Assembly (NCBI GenBank): GCA_963830365.1
Contig: CAWHMU010000018.1
Span: forward strand, 10,986 to 74,985
DNA from: an uncultured Chlamydiae bacterium
Lineage (GTDB): Bacteria > Chlamydiota > Chlamydiia > Chlamydiales > Parachlamydiaceae
Direction: 5' to 3'
Length of the DNA: 64,000 bases
Shown: one piece after another, positions 26,190-34,881 of the stretch
Layout of the letters: every line of letters begins with the position of its first letter
Position numbering within the stretch: the first letter of the stretch is position 1
The notes under the pieces: model-generated
What the model saw: the letters and a program-made list of their open reading frames with translations, nothing else
Told to the model about the DNA's origin: nothing
Databases searched by the model: none
Program-made: the position numbers and the translations under genes

Positions 26190-27230
26190 TCAATCGTCTG
26201 TCTGCACGGGCAGGAGGCTCTTAAGCAACAGCTCCTTATCCAACATTGCAATCCAGCACTGGCTATCGTCCCTTCCATAAGCTATCCATAGATGGCTGTC
26301 ATCAAAAATAAAGCCGCCCGGAAAAATCACTTTTTTAAAGACGATAGTATCATCGTAAAATCCCCTGCCGACAATCGGCTGCGGGCTTGTGCGCGTAATG
26401 GCAAACGGCGGCTCGGCTGCAAAAGTATAGGCTCCCATAAAATAATGCCACATCGGCGCTTGATTGGAATTTGTTGTCACCACTTGGCATGAAGAATGAA
26501 AAATGCCCAGGTATTCATGGTCATTAAGCAACTGGGCAGGCACCCCCCCTCTCAACTGGCCGAAATCCCAGGCAGCTGTGCCGTTGGTGGCACGGAGCGT
26601 TTTACACCTTCCCTTTCCAATAGGCATCAAGATGCGATGTGGAAACAGGCTATAGGCCAGTAGAGTCTTGCCTTTAAAATCAAAAGGCGTCCAGTTCTTT
26701 TCCCAGCGGTTCCTATTTTCACCATCAAATTTCCGCAACCATTCGGTGCCGATGACGGAAAAACTTATACCGTCATAAACAATCTCTGAAATACACATCC
26801 GGCGATCTTCGCCATCGTTAACAGCCTCACTATCGTTATAGATGACATAAAGACGGTCGCCGATAGTATAGAGCCGGGCATCCTCCGACCGCGATGGAAT
26901 ATAAGGCTTTTCAACCCTTGTATCAAGCAGCTGCGGTAGGCCCTTAAGATTAAAATCCTCATCGAGCCATACCAGGCCGATCTGGGAATGCCATAGGTTT
27001 TCAGGGTTGACAAGCACCCTAAAACTCATCAAAAGGCCGCCACGCCATCTGACAAGCGAGGGATTGAACGCTGCCGGATAGTCGGGGATGACAATTTGCT
27101 TTTCTTCCAATACGAAATCCTGAGCCATCTTGCCATAATCAAGCACGGCAGCAAAGCCCGATGAAAAAGATATCAAAAGAGAATAACAAAAAAAGATCCG
27201 ATAGAGGATGTTAAACTCCATGCGTTTCAT
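26190..27230 (-). CDS. Five-bladed beta-propeller glycoside hydrolase/phosphorylase-like protein (GH130/GT91-like)
   Basis: AFNPSL, SEDARL, WEKNWTPF, LRGG, IFPGG and YGRDD motifs. Signal-like N-terminus after RBS GAGGAG. Confidence 0.6.
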   Translation of the reverse strand: MKRMEFNILYRIFFCYSLLISFSSGFAAVLDYGKMAQDFVLEEKQIVIPDYPAAFNPSLVRWRGGLLMSFRVLVNPENLWHSQIGLVWLDEDFNLKGLPQLLDTRVEKPYIPSRSEDARLYTIGDRLYVIYNDSEAVNDGEDRRMCISEIVYDGISFSVIGTEWLRKFDGENRNRWEKNWTPFDFKGKTLLAYSLFPHRILMPIGKGRCKTLRATNGTAAWDFGQLRGGVPAQLLNDHEYLGIFHSSCQVVTTNSNQAPMWHYFMGAYTFAAEPPFAITRTSPQPIVGRGFYDDTIVFKKVIFPGGFIFDDSHLWIAYGRDDSQCWIAMLDKELLLKSLLPVQTDD

Positions 27231-27288
27231 AATGCCCGCTCCTCTACTATATTTCCGATCCTTTTTATTGAATACGCTTATACTCATG

Positions 27289-27364
27289 TGATCTAGTGAG
27301 AATTTGACATATTGGACCGCGGGAGCTTTCGCACAGTCCAATATGTCAAATTCTCACTAGATCA
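27289..27364. repeat. Family E palindrome with perfect 29-bp arms
   Basis: TGATCTAGTGAGAATTTGACATATTGGAC...GTCCAATATGTCAAATTCTCACTAGATCA. Single arms at about 20141-20168 and 48948-48981. Confidence 0.85.
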
Positions 27365-27373
27365 TGGTATATC

Positions 27374-28048
27374 TTAATTCTTAAGCCAAACACCCCAGAT
27401 ATTTGCATCTTTGACAAGCGCAACCTGCTGGCAATTTTCGTTCAACCACTGCACGGCTTTGGCTGTCGTCGGCCAATCCACATCATCAAATATGATGATA
27501 CCGCCCTTGCGGACTAACGGAGCCCATTTGGTTACATCCTTATACGCCATTTCTTCACAATGGTTGCCGTCAATATGAATTAAGTCGATATCATAAATGG
27601 GAGGCGCTTCGGTCGAGGTGGCACGGATCACTGAAATTTGCTTCTGCAGCTTGAATTCACGCACTTTCTTAAGGAAATCATTCATAATCTTCTCATGATC
27701 AAGCTTTGCCCACCAATCGAGATTGATATCCTCCATGCCCACAGCCGAAATATCACTCTTCCATGGATCGATGCCATAGGCAATGCCGCTGCCGGTCTGT
27801 TTCAGTGCATATGCCATGGGAACAAACGATTTCCCGCCATAGATGCCGACTTCAACAACTGTTTGAGGCTGCATGGTTAAAATCAAATCGATCAAGACCG
27901 ACGCTTTAAGCCTTGAACACCAGCCCTCAAGCTGGTCCATCATTAGATACGCTGCATCCTTGATTTTTTGGCTTTCACTTTGATTTATCGCCTGCCGGAC
28001 GACATATTCATAGACGCTTTTGGGCGTCTCCTGCACTGCATAATCCAT
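27374..28048 (-). CDS. Class I SAM-dependent methyltransferase (Methyltransf_24-like)
   Basis: VEVGIYGGKS, GIDPW, LIHIDGNH and GGIIIFDD motifs. Confidence 0.85.
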   Translation of the reverse strand: MDYAVQETPKSVYEYVVRQAINQSESQKIKDAAYLMMDQLEGWCSRLKASVLIDLILTMQPQTVVEVGIYGGKSFVPMAYALKQTGSGIAYGIDPWKSDISAVGMEDINLDWWAKLDHEKIMNDFLKKVREFKLQKQISVIRATSTEAPPIYDIDLIHIDGNHCEEMAYKDVTKWAPLVRKGGIIIFDDVDWPTTAKAVQWLNENCQQVALVKDANIWGVWLKN

Positions 28049-28310
28049 AAATCCCCCTACATTGGCGTTAAAACAACATGATGGAAAGCAAATCACTTTT
28101 TGCTTCTCTTGTCATCACATAAAAGTTATAAATTACTAAAGGAGATGGACGTTTTTTGCAAACTTATTTTCAAACATTCTTTCTGTCCGTCACTTGGAAG
28201 GTCTCAATAACGCCTGGGTGATTGATTCCCAGGATTGGGGTCTGCTTTTGAGGACTTATGGATTGTATCCAATATTTTTTTTGTATATCATGCCGAAAGG
28301 TTATTAAATA

Positions 28311-28485
28311 GGCCGCGTTCATCCTTTCGGTCAAAAAAGTTGATTGATTGCGACAATCCCCTCTCTATGCCTCTGTGGGCGCCGTGGTGGTGAATTTTTA
28401 AAACCACAGCGCCCACAGATATCACAGCGAAGAGGGAAGGAAATTATCGTGACTGACACATTTCCCTATGACGGTGATCAAGGCC
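28311..28485. mobile_element. MITE family A, copy 4
   Basis: GGCCGCGTTCATCC...GGTGATCAAGGCC with subterminal TTTCGGTCAAAAAA. Degenerate flanking repeat ATTAAATA/ATCAAACA (6 of 8 match). Confidence 0.7.
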
Positions 28486-28512
28486 ATCAAACACTCTTTA
28501 TTGGAAATTATC

Positions 28513-29034
28513 ATGCACAGACTTCTTTCCCTGCTAACGGCTTTATTTCTCATCCTGCAAGCCACCTGCTTGCAAGCCGATGCAGACCCAGCATCATCCT
28601 CAAAGCCTGCGCCACAAATACAAACCATTCCGGTGCCTCCTCTGGATAATGAGCCTGTCTTCCCTTTGAATATTGAAGAGCCTGCCAGGCAGAACGAGAA
28701 ATTTTTCACCGAATTCCTCAATATGCTGGCCACGCTGGGTTTTATCATCGCCCTGATTCTTATTATCGCCTGGTTTTTAAAACGCCTGATGAATACACGT
28801 TTGGAACAGATGAACAGCACAAGCCTGATCAAGGTGGTGGAAAGGCGTACCCTCTCGCCTAAGACATCACTATACCTGCTCGAAGTCGATGATAAAACCA
28901 TTCTAATTGCCGAAACCAATCACGGTGTGACATGCCTTTCTGAATACGTCACACCGGTGGAAGAGCCTGAAAATGCGCCAACGACCGAATTTCCCTCTCC
29001 TTTCAGCAAAATGCTGGAAAAGAACAAGGGTTAA
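28513..29034 (+). CDS. fliO: FliO-like export-gate assembly protein
   Basis: Signal-like segment, TM LGFIIALILIIAWFLKR, then IKVVERRTLSPKTSLYLLEVDDKTILI as in the FliO cytoplasmic domain. Confidence 0.7.
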   Translation: MHRLLSLLTALFLILQATCLQADADPASSSKPAPQIQTIPVPPLDNEPVFPLNIEEPARQNEKFFTEFLNMLATLGFIIALILIIAWFLKRLMNTRLEQMNSTSLIKVVERRTLSPKTSLYLLEVDDKTILIAETNHGVTCLSEYVTPVEEPENAPTTEFPSPFSKMLEKNKG

Positions 29035-29160
29035 CAGCGGCGCTGGATGATAGCTTACTTGATCACGGTATAGCAGTAGTCTGTGAATGCGCTTTAACGC
29101 AGACACGTAGCGGTCTACAAGTAATCATGGTATCGCTTGATTTGATGAGTGTCTAATTAC

Positions 29161-29701
29161 GGCTTGTGCCTTTGGTGCGCCACGAGGCTAGTCGTTACCC
29201 ACAACCATCAATCAAATATTTTAAGTCATTTTTTTGGCCATCATCGCCTATTCGGTCAAGAAAGCAAAAAGAGAGGAACTCCTACGGAGTTAAATGCAAT
29301 TACTCGTTTTTCCGTAGTTGCGGCTGTCTTCGCTTTCGCTCGCGAGCCTTAACTACGGGCTACAAAGAGATCAATCTACAAAACCTCAAAAGAACTCATG
29401 CCTATGTAGCAGCAGAGAAGGTAGATTAATAGATCTTATTGTGAATATATTTCAAAGCTTTTTTGTTGGCGGAACTTATCTCTTTGTAGCCCGTGGCTAA
29501 GGCGTGCGAGCGAAAGCGAAGACACCCGCAGCTACGGGAAAACGCATATTCTTGTTTAACTCCGTAGGAGTTCCTCTCTTTTTACTTTGATGATCGAATA
29601 TTTTCCCTACGAAGATGATAATGGGGAAAAAAATGACTTAAAATATTCGATTGATAGTTGTGGGTAACGACAAGGCCACGAGGCGCACCAAAAGAACAAG
29701 C
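29161..29701. repeat. ~540-bp imperfect palindrome containing family D (REP-like) units
   Basis: Outer arms GCTTGTGCCTTTGGTGCGCC...GGCGCACCAAAAGAACAAGC. Internal GAGAGGAACTCCTACGGAGTTAAA / TTTAACTCCGTAGGAGTTCCTCTC and D units. Confidence 0.8.
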
Positions 29702-30018
29702 AGCGCAATAGGAATAAACAAAGGAACTAAGCCTTTACCTTCTCCCCAAACAACAAATCATAAGACGCTTAGTATCTCTGTGTGGCATTTCACGTTATTT
29801 TCCGATATGGATTAGGTTGCTCGCGGCTCCGCTTGGCCCTGACTTTTTCTATACACCAATTTTTCTTAGCGAGCATGGCTGGCTATCCTGTCTCATGCCA
29901 TCATGCGCCACCTGTAGCAGGTGAACAAGGCTTGAAAATTTTATTGCATCTTGTGAAAAAAGAATTAACACCCTAAAATAAACCCAAATTAAAACAGCCT
30001 TACCTCAAGAGATCTGCC

Positions 30019-30195
30019 ATGTTAAAATTCTATTCCGCCTCTTTATGCCTGCTTCTACTTGTCTGCACAACATCCTGCTACCGCATGCCAACCGACGAAG
30101 ACTATTCCCTAATCCCCTCGACCAACAACCCCGATTTCACCCGTCAAGGCGGTAAAGGCAACAATAACAGTTCCATGCCAAGCTTGGGCTATTAA
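30019..30195 (+). CDS. Small putative lipoprotein (58 aa, below the ORF-track cutoff)
   Basis: MLKFYSASLCLLLLVCTTSCYRMPTDEDYSLIPSTNNPDFTRQGGKGNNNSSMPSLGY*. Lipobox-like TTSC, ending 12 bp upstream of the next gene. Confidence 0.65.
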   Translation: MLKFYSASLCLLLLVCTTSCYRMPTDEDYSLIPSTNNPDFTRQGGKGNNNSSMPSLGY

Positions 30196-30207
30196 CAAAG
30201 TCGATAT

Positions 30208-30684
30208 ATGATCAAACTTGAACTCGATGCCATCCACAGCCATTTGCGCAGCAAAGGCATCGATATCCATCTGCAGGCGCAGACCAGTCAGCTGTATCTG
30301 TTGCTCAAAATTGCTGAAACAGAATTCCCTGTCTTCATCCGCATTTTTGATGGCGACGAACTACTCCAACTGCTAACCTTCATCCCTTGCAACTTTACTG
30401 AGGCTACCACGGCAGACACCGCCAGACTGCTGCACCTGCTCAATAAAGAAATGGATATCCCCGGCTTCGGCATGGATGAAAATGCAGGGGTTGTCTTCTA
30501 CCGCTGCATGCTGCCTGCCAACCACAAGAAAATCGATGCAGCACTGCTTGACGCCTATTTGAACACCATTGATGTGGTATGCAAATCCTTTGCACCCGTC
30601 ATCACGGCCGTCTCACATGGCGCGCTGTCCTTCAATGAAGTCCTTAAAAACGCCAAACAAAACCAAGCGCTCATCAATCCTTAA
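30208..30684 (+). CDS. T3SS class I chaperone-like protein (Mcsc/CT260-like, YbjN/CesT fold)
   Basis: 158 aa with ARLLHLLNKEMDIPGFGMDE...VFYR. Directly upstream of dnaQ, as recalled for Chlamydia CT260-CT261. Confidence 0.75.
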   Translation: MIKLELDAIHSHLRSKGIDIHLQAQTSQLYLLLKIAETEFPVFIRIFDGDELLQLLTFIPCNFTEATTADTARLLHLLNKEMDIPGFGMDENAGVVFYRCMLPANHKKIDAALLDAYLNTIDVVCKSFAPVITAVSHGALSFNEVLKNAKQNQALINP

Positions 30685-30719
30685 CAAATTAAGGCTGAAA
30701 GCCATAGGAAAATTCCAGC

Positions 30720-31421
30720 ATGACACTACGAGCCATCTTCTACGATACCGAAACCACCGGCATCCGCGCTGAAAGAGACCGCATCATCGAAATTGCCGCC
30801 TACGACCCCCTAAACAATCTCTATTTTGAAAAACTCATCAATCCCGGCTGCCCCATACCCGCCGAAGCCAGCGCCATCCACCATATCAGCGACGAAATGG
30901 TCGCTACTGCGCCTTCCTTTGATGTCGTAGCTGCCGAATTCATCGAATTCTGCCAAGGCGATGTGGTCTTGATTGCCCATAACAATGACGGCTTCGACTA
31001 CCATTTCCTCAAAGCCGAATTCGGCCGGCATGGCGTGGAGATGCCTGCCTGGAAGTTCTTAGATAGCCTGAAGTGGGCCCGCCGCTACCGCAACGATCTG
31101 CCGCGCCATACGCTGCAATTCCTGCGCGAAATCTATGGCATCGCCGCAAATAACGCCCACCGGGCCCTGGACGACGTCATCGTGCTGCATCAAATCTTCA
31201 GCTTTATGACCGATGACTTGTCCATCGACCGCATCTATGCCCTGCTAAATAAACCGCGCGAAATGCATCACATGCCTTTTGGCAAGCATCAAGGCTCGCC
31301 TCTCAAAAGCCTGCCCAAAGATTATGTCGCCTGGCTTGCCGGCAGCGGGGCCTTTAATAAAGCCGAAAACAACGATCTAAAACTAAGCCTTGAAAAACTT
31401 GGCATGCTGCAACCCTCATGA
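30720..31421 (+). CDS. dnaQ: DNA polymerase III epsilon-like DEDDh 3'-5' exonuclease
   Basis: YDTETTG, AHNNDGFD and HRALDD motifs. C-terminal MPFGKHQG...YVAWL domain. Confidence 0.88.
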   Translation: MTLRAIFYDTETTGIRAERDRIIEIAAYDPLNNLYFEKLINPGCPIPAEASAIHHISDEMVATAPSFDVVAAEFIEFCQGDVVLIAHNNDGFDYHFLKAEFGRHGVEMPAWKFLDSLKWARRYRNDLPRHTLQFLREIYGIAANNAHRALDDVIVLHQIFSFMTDDLSIDRIYALLNKPREMHHMPFGKHQGSPLKSLPKDYVAWLAGSGAFNKAENNDLKLSLEKLGMLQPS

Positions 31422-32242
31422 AAATTGCCATCATCGGTTGCGGCTACGTCGGCATAGCCTTAGCCTCACAACTGCAAAACGACGGCCATGAGATCACCGT
31501 CACCACACGCTCGCCGTCTAAAGCCACGGCGCTGGCTAAACAGACCGCACGCATCTGCATCCTTCAGGGGAATGATGTGAATGCTCTTGTAGATTTGCTG
31601 CAAGATCAGGATGCCGCCATCCTCTGCCTTGCCGCCGACAACCAGGCGGCCTACGAAAGCACCTACCTGGACACTGCTAAAGCCCTTGCCAAAGCCGTCG
31701 AACACACCCCCAAGCTCGCACAGATTGTCTATACCGGCAGCACCTCGGTGTATGGCGAACATCATGGCGCCGTTGTCAGCGAAGACACCCCCCTCTCCCC
31801 TGCCCATGCCAGCGGCCGGATATTGGCGGCCACCGAAAGCCAGCTGCTGCAGCTGGCCACCCCTCAACGCCATGTATGCGTGCTGCGCCTTGGCGAAATT
31901 TATGGTCCGGAGCGACACCTCGGCGAACGCCTGCGGAGCTTAAATGGCTGCGCCTTGCCGGGCAGCGGGCAAAACCTCACGAATTTGATCCACCTGGAAG
32001 ATATTGTGGGGGCGATTGTTTTTACCCTCAAGCACCGGCTGAGCGGCGTGTATAACCTCTGCAACGATCTGCATGTCACCCGCCAATCACTCTATGCCGA
32101 TATCTGCCGCAAAGAGGGCCTGCCGCAAGTCATCTGGAATGCCGCCGCCCCCAGCATGCATGGCGGCAATAAAAGCGTCTCCAATGCCAAGCTCAAAGCT
32201 GCCGGCTATGCGTTCATGCATCCAAACCCAATGAAAGACTAA
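31418..32242 (+). CDS. NAD-dependent epimerase/dehydratase (YeeZ-like atypical SDR)
   Basis: IIGCGYVG, GSTSVYG, LRLGEIYGP and IHLED motifs. Confidence 0.85.
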   Translation: MKIAIIGCGYVGIALASQLQNDGHEITVTTRSPSKATALAKQTARICILQGNDVNALVDLLQDQDAAILCLAADNQAAYESTYLDTAKALAKAVEHTPKLAQIVYTGSTSVYGEHHGAVVSEDTPLSPAHASGRILAATESQLLQLATPQRHVCVLRLGEIYGPERHLGERLRSLNGCALPGSGQNLTNLIHLEDIVGAIVFTLKHRLSGVYNLCNDLHVTRQSLYADICRKEGLPQVIWNAAAPSMHGGNKSVSNAKLKAAGYAFMHPNPMKD

Positions 32243-32258
32243 AAAGCTGGAGCTTTCT

Positions 32259-33179
32259 ATGAATATAACCCCTCATATATACGGTCAGCATTTTTTAACG
32301 ACTATCAGCCGGGTGATGGATTCTCAAAAGCATATCGACAAGCTTAACCGGGCCGAATTACGCGTTGGCGCATATTTAGCGGAATCGAAAGAACCTTTAG
32401 ATAAAGAAACTGCAGCATATAAGGATTTAAAGGTTTTCAAAAAAGCGATATCCACTTCGATAAATACCTGCCAGGATAGACTCTGCAGAGATATATCCAT
32501 CCTTATAACAACACATAAACCACCCCACACCTTAACGAAACATCATAGACAACAGCTGCAAAAGATAAATGCCTTATGCGATCGATTAGCCCTTTTCAAA
32601 GGTCTCGACAAAGCCAGCGAAGACTTGGAACTAAGCATCGCGAATCTGTTAGAGAAAAAATCTCTGAGCCAACAAAACCAGACGCTACGATTTGCAGCCT
32701 TTTGCATGCACGATGGCTACTCAGAAGCTCAGCGCATCGCCCTCATGGATACATTATCCTTAATCCTCTTCCATCAAATCCCGCCAAGTCAAAAGCTTGA
32801 ATGCTACGAAGTAATTAAAAACTTCCTAAAACCAAAAGAGGAGGCCTATTACTTTGCAGCACTGCATTGCCTGGAATTTATCGTTCCGGCAAGAAGGCTA
32901 GAACTGTTGAAGGAGTTCAATAAGGGACTTATCAACATTCAAAATCCAAATGATCATAGCGTGCTCATTTTTGAGCGCTTGCTGGCTACCGTTTTCCAGG
33001 ATGAGCAAATCAAAAAGGATTCTCATCACTATCTCTTACAAAAATTGGATCACCAGACCTCCGATGACATAAAAGCTAAAATAATCGCTGCAAAAATATA
33101 CAAATACAACGATCTAATGGGCTTAAAAGATGATGAGGCCTTATACAAAAAAGCTGCCAAAATTCTAACAATGTCCTAA
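32259..33179 (+). CDS. Hypothetical protein, partial paralog of the 34882-38676 protein
   Basis: The C-terminal ALHCLEFIVPARRL...FQDEQIKKDSHHYL...LYKKAAKIL aligns by eye with ALEMLNFVAPAQRL...FEDEKIQADSYAHL...LFQRALEVL. Confidence 0.7.
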   Translation: MNITPHIYGQHFLTTISRVMDSQKHIDKLNRAELRVGAYLAESKEPLDKETAAYKDLKVFKKAISTSINTCQDRLCRDISILITTHKPPHTLTKHHRQQLQKINALCDRLALFKGLDKASEDLELSIANLLEKKSLSQQNQTLRFAAFCMHDGYSEAQRIALMDTLSLILFHQIPPSQKLECYEVIKNFLKPKEEAYYFAALHCLEFIVPARRLELLKEFNKGLINIQNPNDHSVLIFERLLATVFQDEQIKKDSHHYLLQKLDHQTSDDIKAKIIAAKIYKYNDLMGLKDDEALYKKAAKILTMS

Positions 33180-33246
33180 AATAAATATTGAAAGAAATAC
33201 ACAAATATTATTCCATCTAATTTATAAGACTATAAGGATTATCTTC

Positions 33247-33714
33247 ATGAGCATTCCTCTCGGATCAAGTTCTTTGCCATCTCCACACATTAACCACAGT
33301 AATCTGACTGCCATGGGTGATTTAGCCCTGGGCATATTAAAATTTGGCTCTGTCGATATCACAAATTCAGAAGGGGAAACTCTTTTACATTTAGCTGTCC
33401 GCACCAATGACCATGTCCTGGCAACAAGACTGATTGCTATGAAGGCCGACGTAAACAGGTCAAATTTTGTCAACATCACCCCACTGCAGGCAGCCGCAGG
33501 ATGCCCGGATGAGCGTATGTGTAAATTGCTAGTCGATGCTAAAGCCGATGTAAACAAAGCCGGCGCTTTCAATGAGACTCCTATTCATAAGGCTCTTGAC
33601 CTAGGCTTAAGATGTAACATAGTTTATTTAATCAACAATGGTGCGGATATGAATGCACCAAGTTGTTGGAATAAGTCTGCTAAGCAAAGATGTACGTCAT
33701 TTTTTAGTAAATAA
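33247..33714 (+). CDS. Ankyrin repeat protein
   Basis: GETLLHLAV, TPLQAAA, ADVN, TPIHKA and GADMN repeats. Confidence 0.88.
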   Translation: MSIPLGSSSLPSPHINHSNLTAMGDLALGILKFGSVDITNSEGETLLHLAVRTNDHVLATRLIAMKADVNRSNFVNITPLQAAAGCPDERMCKLLVDAKADVNKAGAFNETPIHKALDLGLRCNIVYLINNGADMNAPSCWNKSAKQRCTSFFSK

Positions 33715-33827
33715 TGTGCTCATCATCTGAATGATTGAGCGGGCCCTGTTCACCTCTGACATGAATGCTTTCGATGTCCGCACAAATGCGTACTTGCCTG
33801 GGAGGAATCATCAAAAAAGACTTAATC

Positions 33828-34066
33828 GGTTCATCACACAAACGTGTGGTTGAGAGAGATGACTGCTCAAGTACTCATGACGTGAAAGGACTTTGAGGCT
33901 TGGCGTCTGGTTTGTGATTTGTGATTTGAGAGTCCTAAATGCATTAGAAAGCCCGACTGCTTTCAAATCGCAAATCGCAAGCCTGACCTCAAACCGTTCA
34001 GCCAAAGCCTACATGATGAGTTTTTGAGATGTTAGCTCTGTCAACCACTCATTTATGTGATGCACC
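33828..34066. mobile_element. MITE family B copy enclosing a family F (TTTGTGA/TCGCAAA) palindrome
   Basis: GGTTCATCACACAAACGTGTGGTTGA...TCAACCACTCATTTATGTGATGCACC. The inner 33889-34009 segment matches 47148-47280. Confidence 0.7.
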
Positions 34067-34182
34067 AGTTATCTAGCCCCTCTACGGGATAATATCAAAA
34101 TGTTTTAAATAGAACAAAAAAAATATAGTTCTGTTCTCTGTTTAAACAATCCAATACTAGCCTATGAGACAAACCCTCCTGG

Positions 34183-34740
34183 CAAAGCATTTTGATTAAA
34201 AAGATTTGATAGGTCGCAAGACTGTTATTTTAATTTCGTCCATATAAACTCCTGGATCTGGGCTTGAGTTAGCCGTGAATACGGCGGCAGAGTCTTCGCG
34301 TGGACTGCCGACATAGCCACGGCTTGGTAGCTTTAGCTCTGATTACCATAAGCTTACGCCATGTGGCTGCATGCTTCTGCCGTATTCACGGCAAAGGCGG
34401 TTCATCCGGTTTTATAGGACCCTCCTAGAAAAGGATGCGTAGAAATGGGGAAATGTCTGTAACACATCGGAGCACAAATAACAGGATATTAGGATGGACA
34501 GGATGAAAGATTTAAACTTTAGTTTGCCAACTTTGCGATTTATGTAAGTCTTGGGTGATCATCCTATTTTTCATATCCAGACCATCGTAATATCCTGTTA
34601 TTTCTGCTTGCCCTTTTCTCTTTACAAGTCCTGCAAAACCGGAAGAACCGCAAAGGCAAGCATTTGTACTGGATGTTTAAATGGCTGAAGTTAACCAATA
34701 CCTGTGCTAACTATCAAATCTTTTTAATCAAAACATCGTG
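34183..34740. mobile_element. Triple-nested MITE cluster
   Basis: Outer arms TTTTGATTAAAAAGATTTGATAG / CTATCAAATCTTTTTAATCAAAA flanked by the 9-bp repeat CCCTCCTGG. Inner family C at 34399-34649 flanked by the 8-bp repeat GCAAAGGC. Innermost AATAACAGGAT palindrome. Confidence 0.8.
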
Positions 34741-34881
34741 CCCTCCTGGACAGACACTCTTTTGTCTAATAAACATAAATATATTTTAATATATCTAACA
34801 TTTAGTTATATAGTTGATTAAGCAGGTAAATATAAAAAATAAGTACCTTCCTGATCCATTAACATAGATTTGGAGCGTCAT

